Notes: generated by a model not told the origin, from the letters alone. Numbered from the stretch's first letter, positions 17,579-27,172 are shown. The stretch: DNA of 41,022 nucleotides from Candidatus Bathyarchaeota archaeon (GCA_030017755.1 JASEJA010000003.1:2550-43571), one strand, 5' to 3'. Made by a program: numbers and translations.

Positions 17579-18280
17579 GTGAAATGTTTGAAAATTATTG
17601 CGGCTGATTCTTCTGCAGCCATATTAAACAACAAGTTTGAGCCACTGTCCATTGTAGCTGCTGCATCCGTTTTGGTTAATCCGCCTTATAAAGAGCCGAG
17701 CATGTGTTTGGCTGAGCCGATTTTTGCGAAAGCCTCGGACGGGCATGGAGTTGTGGTGCATGAAGCTGAACTTTGTAGAGAATTGTTGGGAAAAGTGAAG
17801 GCTGATATGGTGCATTTGGACATGTCTTTAGGAGCGGTTCCCTTAGAACAGTTATCGCCTATCCAATTTTCAAATATGAGAATCTCCACTAAAGCAAGGC
17901 GTAATCTTATAGGGATTCTGCCTAAACTAAGAAAAATTGCTGGCGAAATCACACAAAAATATGGAGTTGAAGTTTTAGCCATAGGAAAAGAAAGCACCCC
18001 AGTAAGAATTGCGGAACTAACAGCTGGAGCCCACGCAATTTTATACGCAAGCGAAAAAGCCGTCAAAGAGGAACAGATAGTTCTTCTTGGTTTGCCGTCC
18101 AAATGCCAAGCCATATTTTCCGAAAACAGAGTCTACCTCTGCTCTCTTATGCTTGCTGAACACGATGTGAGAGGCTATGCAGAAGACATGAAAGAAATTT
18201 TGAAAAAAGTTAATATCACGGACATGTTAAACCCAATTGCAAGAGGTTTCCGAATCTTAAAAATAACGCCAAAACAATAA
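17579..18280 (+). CDS. Conserved archaeal protein, tentatively DUF4152/PF2046 (PhoExo I)-like RNase H-fold 3'-5' exonuclease
   Basis: The pattern IIAADSSAAIL...PLSIVAAASVLV..PYK, VHLDMSLG and VEVLAIGKESTPVRIAE resembles my recollection of the Pyrococcus PF2046/PhoExo I family. Not verifiable without a search. GTG start. Confidence 0.35.
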   Translation: MKCLKIIAADSSAAILNNKFEPLSIVAAASVLVNPPYKEPSMCLAEPIFAKASDGHGVVVHEAELCRELLGKVKADMVHLDMSLGAVPLEQLSPIQFSNMRISTKARRNLIGILPKLRKIAGEITQKYGVEVLAIGKESTPVRIAELTAGAHAILYASEKAVKEEQIVLLGLPSKCQAIFSENRVYLCSLMLAEHDVRGYAEDMKEILKKVNITDMLNPIARGFRILKITPKQ

Positions 18281-18299
18281 CAGGAATGGAGATTGCCGC

Positions 18300-18848
18300 A
18301 TGAGTTTGGAATTCTGGAAAAATGCTTCACCCCTTGTCAGAAGAATCATAACAATCACCATAGTCTTCATTTTCGCTGTAATAATAACAGTTGCAGGAAC
18401 ATGGGCGCCTATTAAAGAACAAGAAGCAGAAGAAATTCACAAAGAACTCAACCAAACAATAAACTCATTAAAAACAAACAATCTGTTAGTACAATACGTT
18501 TTTGGAAACAACTTCATGTTTACCCTCATAATGTTTGTACCAGTAATCGGTGTTGTTTTCGGAGCCTATGTGCTCTATAACACTGGGGCTGTAATCGCTG
18601 CAATTGCCATTTCCAAAAAGGTTCCTCCAGCATTATACCTAATCGCTTTATTTTTAACACCCATCGCTTGGCTTGAATTCATAGCTTATTCGACTGCAAT
18701 GGCTGAAAGTATTTGGTTAGCCCATCGCTTATGGCAACGTAGAGGCAAACATGAAATTATAAACGCATGCAAGTTCATTTCAGTTTGCGCCGTAATTCTC
18801 TTGGTGGCTGCAATTATAGAAGCAGTAATGATCTACTCAGTCCCTTGA
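18300..18848 (+). CDS. Polytopic membrane protein, SpoIIM-like (DUF95) candidate
   Basis: Hydrophobic segments by eye. The size and topology resemble the stage II sporulation protein M family common in archaea. Weak assignment. Confidence 0.3.
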   Translation: MSLEFWKNASPLVRRIITITIVFIFAVIITVAGTWAPIKEQEAEEIHKELNQTINSLKTNNLLVQYVFGNNFMFTLIMFVPVIGVVFGAYVLYNTGAVIAAIAISKKVPPALYLIALFLTPIAWLEFIAYSTAMAESIWLAHRLWQRRGKHEIINACKFISVCAVILLVAAIIEAVMIYSVP

Positions 18849-19740
18849 CGCCGTGAAAATCATTCTTTTTATCTACTTTCCCATAAACTCTTGTGATTTC
18901 TAGGCTTATGTCTAATGCTTTTGGGCTGTCTGTTATTTCGCCTAAACTCACAATGTCAACCCCTGTAGAAGCATATTTAACAATGTTTTCTGTTGATATT
19001 CCGCCACTGGCTTCAAGCAGCACTTTCTCAAAAAAACCTTCATTTTTCAGAAGCTTAATCGCCTTTTCTATTTGTTTTGGAGAGAAGTTGTCAAGCATTA
19101 TTATGTCTGCTCCAGCCTTTGCAGCTGCTAGAGCGTCTTTAACGTTTGTAACTTCAACCTCGATTTTCTTGCTGAAAGATGCTTTTTCTTTTGCTTTTTT
19201 AATGGCTTTTTCGATGTTTCCGGCGATTTGGATATGGTTGTCTTTAATCAGAACCATGTCGTCTAAATGAAGCCTATGCGTGTCACCACCACCCAACAAC
19301 ACAGCCTTCTTATCAAAGTAGAGAAGCCCAGGCGCGGTTTTTCTGGTGCACGCAACCTTGGTTTTGAAACCACTTTTTTGAAGCGTTTCCACCAGTTTCC
19401 TTGTGGTCGTTGCTATACCACTCATCCGCGAAAGAATGTTCAGTAGTGTCCGTTCAGCTGAAAGTATGGTTTTTGCGTCTCCAGAAACTTTCATTAAAAC
19501 CTGTTTCTCTTTTATTCTCTTTCCATCTGAAACTAAAACTTCAACTTTAATCCCTAAGCTTTCAAGAAGGGTTTTTGCCTCCTCGATTCCAGCAACAATG
19601 CCAGCCTCTTTCGCAATTATTTCCGCCTCTGCATTGGTTTCTGGTGGGACAATTAATGTTGCGGTTATGTCGCCTTGCCCAACATCTTCGGCAAGCATGT
19701 TTCGAAGTTTTTCTTCCAAAATTTTGCGCGGTATAAACAT
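18814..19740 (-). CDS. nadC: Nicotinate-nucleotide pyrophosphorylase (quinolinate phosphoribosyltransferase)
   Basis: TRKTAPGLLYFDKKAVLLGGGDTHRLHLDDMVLIKDNH, IEVEV, IMLDN and SGGI motifs. Has a ~25-aa C-terminal tail beyond ALDISLEI. Confidence 0.9.
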   Translation of the reverse strand: MFIPRKILEEKLRNMLAEDVGQGDITATLIVPPETNAEAEIIAKEAGIVAGIEEAKTLLESLGIKVEVLVSDGKRIKEKQVLMKVSGDAKTILSAERTLLNILSRMSGIATTTRKLVETLQKSGFKTKVACTRKTAPGLLYFDKKAVLLGGGDTHRLHLDDMVLIKDNHIQIAGNIEKAIKKAKEKASFSKKIEVEVTNVKDALAAAKAGADIIMLDNFSPKQIEKAIKLLKNEGFFEKVLLEASGGISTENIVKYASTGVDIVSLGEITDSPKALDISLEITRVYGKVDKKNDFHGVKGLSRSLLLL

Positions 19741-19764
19741 ACTTCACCTTTATGCCTTTTTAAC

Positions 19765-20952
19765 TTAAAATGTTTGCTTGTTTTCTGCAATCTGGATTAT
19801 GGTTTCCGCAGCCTTGCTTAATCCATCATAATTTAGAACTTCTTTCTGAACTTCTTTGAGATGCTTTGGGATTGTGCTGTTTAGCATTTGTTCCACGCTT
19901 TTTAGGAGTTTTTCTTTGCTTAATTCCTCTTGCTGAATGGTTTTTGCTACGCCTAAGGTTTCTGCTTGCTTTGCATTACTAAGCTGTTCAGTGTGACTTG
20001 GCGTCGGTATAAGTATCATGGGTTTACCATAACACATACAATGCGTTATAGTTCCATGTCCAGCCCGACTTATGATTATGTCGGCGGCTTTCAAGTATTC
20101 GAAGCGATTTGGAATCCACTTATAAATTGTTAAGTTGCCATGACGTATGGGTTCGTCGTTAGCGTTTGGATAGCCAAGCGACATAACAATTTCATAATCT
20201 TTTGGAAAACCCAAAAATATTTTCCTCAAAATTCCCGTCAAGAAAGCCCTTTCCCTTATTGGTCCGCTTATTGGCGCAAAAATAATTGGCTTGTCAACTG
20301 ACAATTTCAATTTTCTACGCAGTTCCACTTCGCTTGCCAGCTCGTTTGGATGCACTGGCAATATCGGACCTATGAGCTTCACGTTTTTTCTGTAAAATCT
20401 TGGAATGTTTAGGTTTCCAGCGCATATGGTGTATGGTTTTGGAAAATCTGGTATCAGAACCATGTTTCCGCTCGTCCAAATTTTTCCAATGATTGTTAAG
20501 GTTATAAAATCTGCAAACGTTGCTAAGCGCAGAAACCGTCTTTTCCTCGGAATTATTAATTGAAACTGGTTCAAAATGCAAATTCTGGGTATCCCCAAAA
20601 TTCTTGCGGCCAATAAGGGTGAGATGCGAGAATCCGAAACAACCATATCTGGCATAAACTTTTCAATAGTTTGAACTTCAGCATTCATCTGCTTTAGAAG
20701 AGTGAAAGAAGCCAAAAATGGCCCAGGATTAACTGCGGTTTGCTTAAAATCCACAGTTCCATCTGACTTAACTTGAAAACCAATTGGAGGAACCTTTACA
20801 AGAGGTAATTTCTCCCTTTCTACATATCGTATGCCCTCGCGATAGGTTGAGAACAAAATCTCAGCTTTCTTCTCTAAGAGTTTCTTTGCTATTGGAACGC
20901 ATCTTCCAACATGTCCCAAACCGATTCCGCAAGGAGCAAAATAAACTTTCAT
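19765..20952 (-). CDS. Glycosyltransferase, GT1/GT28 (MurG/UDP-glycosyltransferase-like) family
   Basis: MKVYFAPCGIGLGHVGRC N-terminal glycine-rich loop and a C-terminal ISRAGHGTI...PMILIP nucleotide-sugar motif. The internal ATG at 20950-20952 is chosen because it removes the overlap with the upstream gene. Confidence 0.65.
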   Translation of the reverse strand: MKVYFAPCGIGLGHVGRCVPIAKKLLEKKAEILFSTYREGIRYVEREKLPLVKVPPIGFQVKSDGTVDFKQTAVNPGPFLASFTLLKQMNAEVQTIEKFMPDMVVSDSRISPLLAARILGIPRICILNQFQLIIPRKRRFLRLATFADFITLTIIGKIWTSGNMVLIPDFPKPYTICAGNLNIPRFYRKNVKLIGPILPVHPNELASEVELRRKLKLSVDKPIIFAPISGPIRERAFLTGILRKIFLGFPKDYEIVMSLGYPNANDEPIRHGNLTIYKWIPNRFEYLKAADIIISRAGHGTITHCMCYGKPMILIPTPSHTEQLSNAKQAETLGVAKTIQQEELSKEKLLKSVEQMLNSTIPKHLKEVQKEVLNYDGLSKAAETIIQIAENKQTF

Positions 20953-20956
20953 AAAA

Positions 20957-21583
20957 TTATTTCCCGCCGAGGGCTTTAAGCCTAACTTCGCCTCTCGGTT
21001 TTTCTTCCTCAAAAATTATGGCTTGAAACTTGTAAACTTTAGTGCCTTCCAAAAGCCAATTGTCTGGTGGTAAACCCGCCTTTATACAGCATTGACAAAG
21101 AAACTCTTCCTCATCCCATTCCCATTCAACAGGCACCTGCGGCAAAAGAAGCCCTTTAAAAGGTCCCCTTTCCACGATTAACCCATCTGTTCCAACCTTA
21201 ATTTTTTTGGGATAATCCTTGGGTTTTTCAATCCTAATTAGTTCAGGAGGCGTTAATACGCTTACTTCAAAAACAACCTTGTCAAGTTCCCTTAAAGAAA
21301 GCGGATAAAACCGTGGGTCTTGAGTTGCCGAGCTTATGGCTGAGTCAATAACCGCCTCAACAAGCGGATTTTCTGGGTATGGATATCCAATGCAGCCTCT
21401 TAACTCCTTTTCTCCGTTTCTTAAACTGTTTATTGTAACGAAAACTCCGCATGGTTGTAGAAGTTTTTCTGGCGTGTTTTCTGGAATCTTGATGCGTTTT
21501 CTGTTCTGTAAATATTCTTCGACCGCTTTGCGTGCAAGCTCGACTAAAAATTTTCCTTCTTTTAGGCTAAGCTCAAATTGCAA
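20957..21583 (-). CDS. AMMECR1 domain protein
   Basis: LRGCIGYPYP motif and ~200 aa length are typical of AMMECR1. Confidence 0.8.
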   Translation of the reverse strand: MQFELSLKEGKFLVELARKAVEEYLQNRKRIKIPENTPEKLLQPCGVFVTINSLRNGEKELRGCIGYPYPENPLVEAVIDSAISSATQDPRFYPLSLRELDKVVFEVSVLTPPELIRIEKPKDYPKKIKVGTDGLIVERGPFKGLLLPQVPVEWEWDEEEFLCQCCIKAGLPPDNWLLEGTKVYKFQAIIFEEEKPRGEVRLKALGGK

Positions 21584-21667
21584 TTAATTTTTCCCCAACT
21601 GTTTGATGAATATTCTGTTGTGTGGATTATAGGTTTTAAGCTTTGCATAAAGGCTGTTTCAAAAATT

Positions 21668-22288
21668 TTAGAATTTTATCGATTCTTCTTTTGTCCCATC
21701 TTTTGTTATGAATAGGAAATCTATGCCGTCGCCGCTCATTATATCTCTGCTAATTGCGGATTTTATTGCTCTTATGACTAGTTCTCTTGCCTCTTCCACG
21801 GTCATATCTTCTTTATATCCCTCTTCTAATACTCCCATGGCAATTTCCGTTCCAGAACCCACAACTGCATACTTGTCTGGTATAACTGAGCCTAAAACGT
21901 CTAACACGTAAAGGGATGCGCCTTCCTCGTCTATCCCGCCTACAATTGTTTGAGTAATTAATGGTGCTAATCTTCTGGAGAAAAGCAAATTTGACATGAG
22001 TTTAGCTGTTGACCTTACAGATATTGGTCTGTTAACGTCTAAACCGAAAAGGCTTGCATAGGCTTCCACTTCCCTAACGAGGATTTGCATGTCAGAAACA
22101 AGTCCCGCGCATGCTGCACCTATCCTGTCTGTTATCTTGAAAACCTTTTTTCCGCCTTTACTAACAACCAAATAACCGTAAGAAACACGCTTTTCAGAAG
22201 CCAAGATAACGCCGTCTGAACAAACAATGCCAACTGTTGTGGCGCCTGGAACCCAAAGATGCTCGCCACGTTGAGCTTGGTTTTCCAT
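21668..22288 (-). CDS. psmB: Proteasome subunit beta
   Basis: Propeptide followed by TTVGIVCSDGVILASEKR and the Ntn-hydrolase fold pattern. ATG 22286-22288 is preceded by AAGGTGAAGG and preferred over TTG 22321. Confidence 0.9.
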   Translation of the reverse strand: MENQAQRGEHLWVPGATTVGIVCSDGVILASEKRVSYGYLVVSKGGKKVFKITDRIGAACAGLVSDMQILVREVEAYASLFGLDVNRPISVRSTAKLMSNLLFSRRLAPLITQTIVGGIDEEGASLYVLDVLGSVIPDKYAVVGSGTEIAMGVLEEGYKEDMTVEEARELVIRAIKSAISRDIMSGDGIDFLFITKDGTKEESIKF

Positions 22289-22410
22289 ATCCTTCACCTT
22301 TTCCGTGATATACACAAGCAACTTATTAAACTTAATCGTGACATGTGAATTGTCAAGATTGTTAAAAGGGATAGTTTTTAATGACTTTCTTTAGCGAGCT
22401 AAGCATCTAC

Positions 22411-22770
22411 TTATTTGATGAATCTGAGGATGTAGTCATTTACTGTCTGCAAAAAGGATTCTTCCAAGTTTATACCATAATGTTCCGCTATAACGAAAAT
22501 TATGTAAAGCAAATCTGAAAGCTCTGTGGCTAGCATCTCCTTTGTCTTTGGTTTTTCAGGAGGCTTAAAGCCTTCTAACCCTTTAACAATAGCTGCAACC
22601 TCACCAGCCTCCTCCAACAAGTCAGTAACCATGACAAAAGGCGTCCAGCTCTCTCCTCGCTCTTTATCAAGTTTCTCATTGATTTTCTTGAAGTTCTTCC
22701 AGCAAAGATGCTGAGCATCTCGTAAGGTCAAAGACAACTGTTTCACCAACCCAAGATTAGCAAAAGTCAA
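22411..22770 (-). CDS. MazG-like nucleotide pyrophosphohydrolase
   Basis: LLEEAGEVAAIV and ELSDLLYIIFVIAEHYGINLEE match the EExxE/ExxD helices of the all-alpha NTP-PPase family. Confidence 0.55.
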   Translation of the reverse strand: MTFANLGLVKQLSLTLRDAQHLCWKNFKKINEKLDKERGESWTPFVMVTDLLEEAGEVAAIVKGLEGFKPPEKPKTKEMLATELSDLLYIIFVIAEHYGINLEESFLQTVNDYILRFIK

Positions 22771-22797
22771 ATTTAGGTTTTGGCTTTGTTTAGTGCT

Positions 22798-23583
22798 TTA
22801 TATTTCTATCGTGGTTATGCCCAAAATGTCATTCAGCTTTTTTAATCGTTCCCTATAGTCGCCATAGACCATGATGTGGTGGTTCCCTGATGTTTTATGG
22901 ATAAACTCTTTTGAATTGGCAATCTTCACTTTCGCAGTTACTCTGCAATATTCTTCAGCATCCATATCCGCACAGTCTACAATTACTCCTCTAGCAATAA
23001 TCATGCTTTTCAAGTCTCCACTTAAACGGCATATAATAACTTCTTGGTCTTTCTTCATTTCCACAAAGGCTGTTAGGCTACCAGTAAATTTTTCTCTGTG
23101 ATACCGTCTCAATCTGTAAGACGCAGCTTTTACATAATACCCTTCCATTTTTCTGGGACATACACAGTGGCTTAAGATTAGCGTGTTGTCTTTAGTGTCA
23201 ATGAATGTGTTGCCCATGAAACATGGTTTGTCCGCTAAATAATGGAGGATTACCATTGATAAAAGCGAATTATGTCAGCTTCACATGCTGCTGGCATTCC
23301 CTCATCTCTCAAGTTAGTGTACGCAAAACATGGAACGGGTAAGGGATTGTCATCATAAGCCATCGTTAAAGCTTGCGCATTTTTCTCTTTCAACAAATCT
23401 TTCATAACAAGGTAAAGTTTCGCAACATTAACCAAGTCTTTTTCTTCTGGTTCAACAACTTTTTCCGCCTCTCTCACCCACTTCTCCACTAACGATTTAA
23501 CACGTTCCCCATCCATACACTCCCATCTTCTAATGACCTCTTCGCTTTTCACATATTCCAGCGTTATCCCAAGTTTTCTTTAA
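22798..23583 (-). pseudogene. L-fucose/L-arabinose isomerase-family gene remnant (5'-truncated and frameshifted)
   Basis: ORF 23250..23552 ends ...GMPAACEADIIRFYQW*. ORF 22798..23256 continues in another frame, whose upstream extension reads NSLLSMVILHYLADKPCFMGN...SHCV. Joined, they give the ACE-D...L.M.IL..L...P.F pattern of the family's C-terminal domain. The frame upstream of 23552 stays open (KLGITLEYV) up to a TAA. Only ~85 nt remain before the next gene, so the ~200-aa N-terminal domain is absent. Confidence 0.55.
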
Positions 23584-23638
23584 TGGCTTCGCTGCCTCCA
23601 ACTTTGGTCTCCTTCCTTTATTCTTTATTATTAAACGG

Positions 23639-24313
23639 TCATAAATAATATTGGTCTAAGTTGCCTTTCCAGTTTTCATATTTGTATTCTGGAAGCGCTC
23701 TCACACGGCAGATTGGCTTGGCTATTATTTCCCTAACCTCAAACTCTCTGAAGAAACTTCCGCTGTTTGCAGTCTTTACAACGAGGGCTGTATCCAAACC
23801 TTTATAGGTGCCAGCACAAGAAACGATTTCTTCACCAGCATCAACTTCTCCCGCATCTGTTGCCATGACAGCGGCTTCTATGGCTATTTTTGTTCCTGCA
23901 CCAAATATTTCAAGAGTTTTATCGATTATGCCTTCTGGTGTTGGATATTCCCAGTTTATTGACCGTGTTGGAGGCGCAAAAGGTCTTGTCCCTTGAACGA
24001 TTTTTACTCCGTTTTCTTCCAGTTTCTTCAGTGCTTCTGCATATTCTTTTCGTTTTAACCCTATTGGTATATCCCCTTTCGGACCCCATGTTTTGGCTGG
24101 GTAATGGGTTACAACAATTAATTTAATTTTGGTTCCCTTAAATACGCTAAGCGCTTTTATCGCGCTTCTTCCAGTTTCCGAAGCAATAACCACTTTGCTT
24201 ACTCCCGTTTCCTCGCATCTTAATTTTGCTTTTTGCAAAACTTTTTCTGTATTCACTTCGCCACAATATCGGAAATATGTAATTCTCTTTTCGACGTCGC
24301 CTTCCATTCCCAA
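23639..24313 (-). CDS. Pyruvate kinase C-terminal (alpha/beta) domain-like protein
   Basis: Stand-alone ~220-aa protein (VVIASETGRSA...IVVTH...) resembling the archaeal PK_C-like family from memory. Function unknown. Confidence 0.4.
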   Translation of the reverse strand: MGMEGDVEKRITYFRYCGEVNTEKVLQKAKLRCEETGVSKVVIASETGRSAIKALSVFKGTKIKLIVVTHYPAKTWGPKGDIPIGLKRKEYAEALKKLEENGVKIVQGTRPFAPPTRSINWEYPTPEGIIDKTLEIFGAGTKIAIEAAVMATDAGEVDAGEEIVSCAGTYKGLDTALVVKTANSGSFFREFEVREIIAKPICRVRALPEYKYENWKGNLDQYYL

Positions 24314-24367
24314 ACACCACAGAGCTAAATACTCATACTTTCATAACACTTTAAAGGCTGAAGTGAA

Positions 24368-24961
24368 GTGATAAACCTTTACGTCAAAGAATTCGAAGGA
24401 GTATGGTTTGGAGTCGCCTTTAGCGGCGAAGAGATTTTCGCCACTGCATTTGCTGAAAGCGAAAAGAAGGCTTTGCAAAGCATTTTGAGAAGCATACCAT
24501 TCAATGTTCCCTTCCAAGAGTTAGAAACGCCGTCGGCTTTTGCTGAACGTGTGGTGGCTGTTTTAGGGGATATCTACAATGGAAGGGATGTTTCAGCCAA
24601 ATTCTCTTTAGCCACAAAACACTTATCACAATACACTAGAAAGATTATTGAAGCTACGCTTTCGATTCCAACCGGATACGCAACCTCTTATGGGGCGATT
24701 GCCAAAGCAGTTGGTGGAAGCCCGAGGGCTGTGGGTAATGTTATGGCTAAAAATCCCTTCGCACCGCTTGTTCCATGTCATAGGGTTGTCAGCTCAGACT
24801 ACGGTTTAGGCGGTTATGGAGGCGGCTTAGACGTTAAAATCCAACTTCTAATGCGGGAAAGGAGAGGTTACAAATCTAAAAAAGAAATTTCTTTGAACGG
24901 CGAAAAACTGCTCTTGTTTCCAGTCGAGTTTGTGTTGGATAAGGTTAAAGAGAATACTTAG
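24368..24961 (+). CDS. ogt: Methylated-DNA--protein-cysteine methyltransferase (Ogt/MGMT)
   Basis: Active-site PCHRVV plus the upstream SYGAIAKAVG..RAVG helix-turn-helix block. GTG start. Confidence 0.8.
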   Translation: MINLYVKEFEGVWFGVAFSGEEIFATAFAESEKKALQSILRSIPFNVPFQELETPSAFAERVVAVLGDIYNGRDVSAKFSLATKHLSQYTRKIIEATLSIPTGYATSYGAIAKAVGGSPRAVGNVMAKNPFAPLVPCHRVVSSDYGLGGYGGGLDVKIQLLMRERRGYKSKKEISLNGEKLLLFPVEFVLDKVKENT

Positions 24962-24967
24962 CAGTGA

Positions 24968-25762
24968 TTAGGCAAAGGCAAATCCTGTTTCCTTCAAAAC
25001 TGACAATATTTCAGCATCGGCTTTCTGCATAGGTTTAGTGGCGGTCTTGCCTTGTATATTATTTGAATAACGAAAACCTGGTTTTTGATTAGAATATTTT
25101 TGATAGTAGCCCTCTTTTGCAAGCGCATCGTCCATATGCTCCAAAAACATTTTTATCTCCTCATCCGAAGGGTCTCGATAACCATTTACGTGAAGAATCA
25201 TTGAAAGCGGCAATCTCGGTCTTGTCGGAGGCTGCTCATCTGGATAGCCAACACAGAGAAGCGTCAACGGCAAAACACCTTCTGGCAAATTCAAAATTTT
25301 CATAACTTCTCTGTTTGTTAGGGCACCGCCAATGTAAACTGAGCCTAAACCTAAACATTCAGCAGCCAACGTCATGTTTTCCGCCACAAGAGAAGCATCA
25401 ATTATACTCATCAACTTGATGGCGTAACCACCCTCTTGCTTGAGACAATGGTCAGCTTTTAAATACTCTAATGTTCTGCGTAATCTGCGGAAATCAGCGC
25501 AAATAACAAAAACCACAGGCACATTTTTCATTTGGCTTGGAGTCCAGCAAGCATCCAAAACCTTCCCTTTAATTTTCTCGTCTTTAGCCCAAATAATAGA
25601 GTATGTCTGGAGGTTGCATGCGCTCGGAGCACGTTGCCCAGCCTCAACAATTTTCTGAACATATTCTTCTGGGACCGGTCTGTAAACGAATCTTCTAATA
25701 CTTCGCCTGTTAAATAATATGCTTAGCAATTTTGATTTGGATTTCTCAGCCATTTGCGACAC
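24968..25762 (-). CDS. Nitroreductase family protein
   Basis: FNRRSIRRF..PVPEE....I.EAGQRAPSACNLQ signature at the N-terminus. Confidence 0.75.
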   Translation of the reverse strand: MSQMAEKSKSKLLSILFNRRSIRRFVYRPVPEEYVQKIVEAGQRAPSACNLQTYSIIWAKDEKIKGKVLDACWTPSQMKNVPVVFVICADFRRLRRTLEYLKADHCLKQEGGYAIKLMSIIDASLVAENMTLAAECLGLGSVYIGGALTNREVMKILNLPEGVLPLTLLCVGYPDEQPPTRPRLPLSMILHVNGYRDPSDEEIKMFLEHMDDALAKEGYYQKYSNQKPGFRYSNNIQGKTATKPMQKADAEILSVLKETGFAFA

Positions 25763-25872
25763 CAGTTTAAGCCTAGCTTTACGATTGGAATATATGCTTT
25801 GTTCTTATGTGAGCTGAGGTTTAATCGTAAATGATAAATGTGGGATGGATACACCAAAAAGCGAGGGATCTA

Positions 25873-26397
25873 ATGGTTAAACGTGGACTTTATGTTGGGC
25901 GCTTTCAACCGTTCCATTTGGGGCACCTCGGCGCAATAAAAGACATTTTGAAAGAAGTTGACGAACTGGTTATCGTTATTGGCAGTGCCCAGTACAGCCA
26001 CCGCATTGACAATCCATTCACTGCTGGCGAAAGACTGGTTATGATTCGCAAGGCAATGGAAGAAGCCGAAATTGATTATTCGCGGGTTTGGATTGTGCCC
26101 GTGCCTGATGTGCACTTGCATATGATGTGGGTTGCCGCAGTCGAAGGTTATACTCCACCTTTTAATGTCGTTTATTCTAACGAGCCTTTAACCCGGCGGC
26201 TCTTCTCGGAAGCCAACTATAAGGTTAAAGCCATACGTTTTCATGAAAGAAAGCTTTACTCTTCAACTGAAATTAGGGCTAGAATGCTGAAAGACAAGAG
26301 TTGGGAGAAACTTGTTCCTAAAAGTGTTGCCGCTTTCATAAAAGAGATAGATGGCATCAACAGACTTCGAGATTTAACTAAGAGCGACAAAGTTTAA
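25873..26397 (+). CDS. nadM: Nicotinamide-nucleotide adenylyltransferase (archaeal NMNAT)
   Basis: RGLYVGRFQPFHLGHL (HxGH) and the SSTEIR motif. The internal ATG 25873 gives the typical ~174-aa length. Confidence 0.85.
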   Translation: MVKRGLYVGRFQPFHLGHLGAIKDILKEVDELVIVIGSAQYSHRIDNPFTAGERLVMIRKAMEEAEIDYSRVWIVPVPDVHLHMMWVAAVEGYTPPFNVVYSNEPLTRRLFSEANYKVKAIRFHERKLYSSTEIRARMLKDKSWEKLVPKSVAAFIKEIDGINRLRDLTKSDKV

Positions 26398-27172
26398 CTT
26401 TATCTCCAACTTTAACATTGAAAGTTTTTGAGGCGTTGCCTTGGTTTATGGAGATTTCTAAAAAATCGTGGCTTCCAATGATGGCTAACGGCTTGTGCTT
26501 TTCAACTTCAGCATAAGCCTTACAAAGCTTCAACTTTAATCTAACCCTTCCAATCTCCACATTAACAGCATCTCTAACGCATAACGCTTCAAGTTTTTCT
26601 TCGCGGAAATTTGTGACTATATTTCCAAAATCATCCACATGCAAAACTTCACCAACAAACACGTCACCCCGTTGACCCGCGTCCACAAATTTTGGAGTTA
26701 CAATTTTACGGATTTCAGGTCCATAATCCGCTGGCTGCGCTCCCCTTGATAAGTGGGCGGCTGCTGGTGCAAAAATATCTCTTCCATGGAAAGTGTTTGA
26801 AATCTTTGGCATCATAAACTTTCTGTTCCTTATCTCATAAATGTGTTCTATCCCCTGATTTTTTGCGGCTAAGGCTAATACGCCGTTGTCTGGTCCAATG
26901 TAAAATGCCTTTTTTGTCTGTATAAGTATGGGCCACCTTTTTGTTCCCACGCCTGGGTCGACAACAGCAACGTGAATTGTGCCTTTTGGAAAATATGCGG
27001 CAGCGGAAGCCAAAACATAAGCACCCATTCTCACGTTAAACTTTTCTATTTGATGCGTTATGTCAACAATAGCAGCATCTGGGTTTATACTTAAAATTAC
27101 AGCTTTCATTTCCGCCACATACGGGTCTTTCAAGCCAAAATCCGTTGTCAAAGTAATTATTGAGCGAGACAT
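26378..27172 (-). CDS. SAM hydrolase / SAM-dependent halogenase-like protein (DUF62 family)
   Basis: ITLTTDFGLKDPYVAEMKAVIL N-terminus, VVDPGVGT and GPDNG motifs of the DUF62/fluorinase-like family. Confidence 0.75.
   Translation of the reverse strand: MSRSIITLTTDFGLKDPYVAEMKAVILSINPDAAIVDITHQIEKFNVRMGAYVLASAAAYFPKGTIHVAVVDPGVGTKRWPILIQTKKAFYIGPDNGVLALAAKNQGIEHIYEIRNRKFMMPKISNTFHGRDIFAPAAAHLSRGAQPADYGPEIRKIVTPKFVDAGQRGDVFVGEVLHVDDFGNIVTNFREEKLEALCVRDAVNVEIGRVRLKLKLCKAYAEVEKHKPLAIIGSHDFLEISINQGNASKTFNVKVGDKVKLCRS

Noticed and set aside
22411-22770. The MazG-like gene (and the HEPN/PaREP-like ORF at 32766..33158) as toxin-antitoxin or defence components
   Set aside because: There is no cognate partner gene (MNT, antitoxin, nuclease) adjacent, and no R-x4-6-H motif in the helical protein. 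Both sit among housekeeping genes, so there is nothing to support a defence role.
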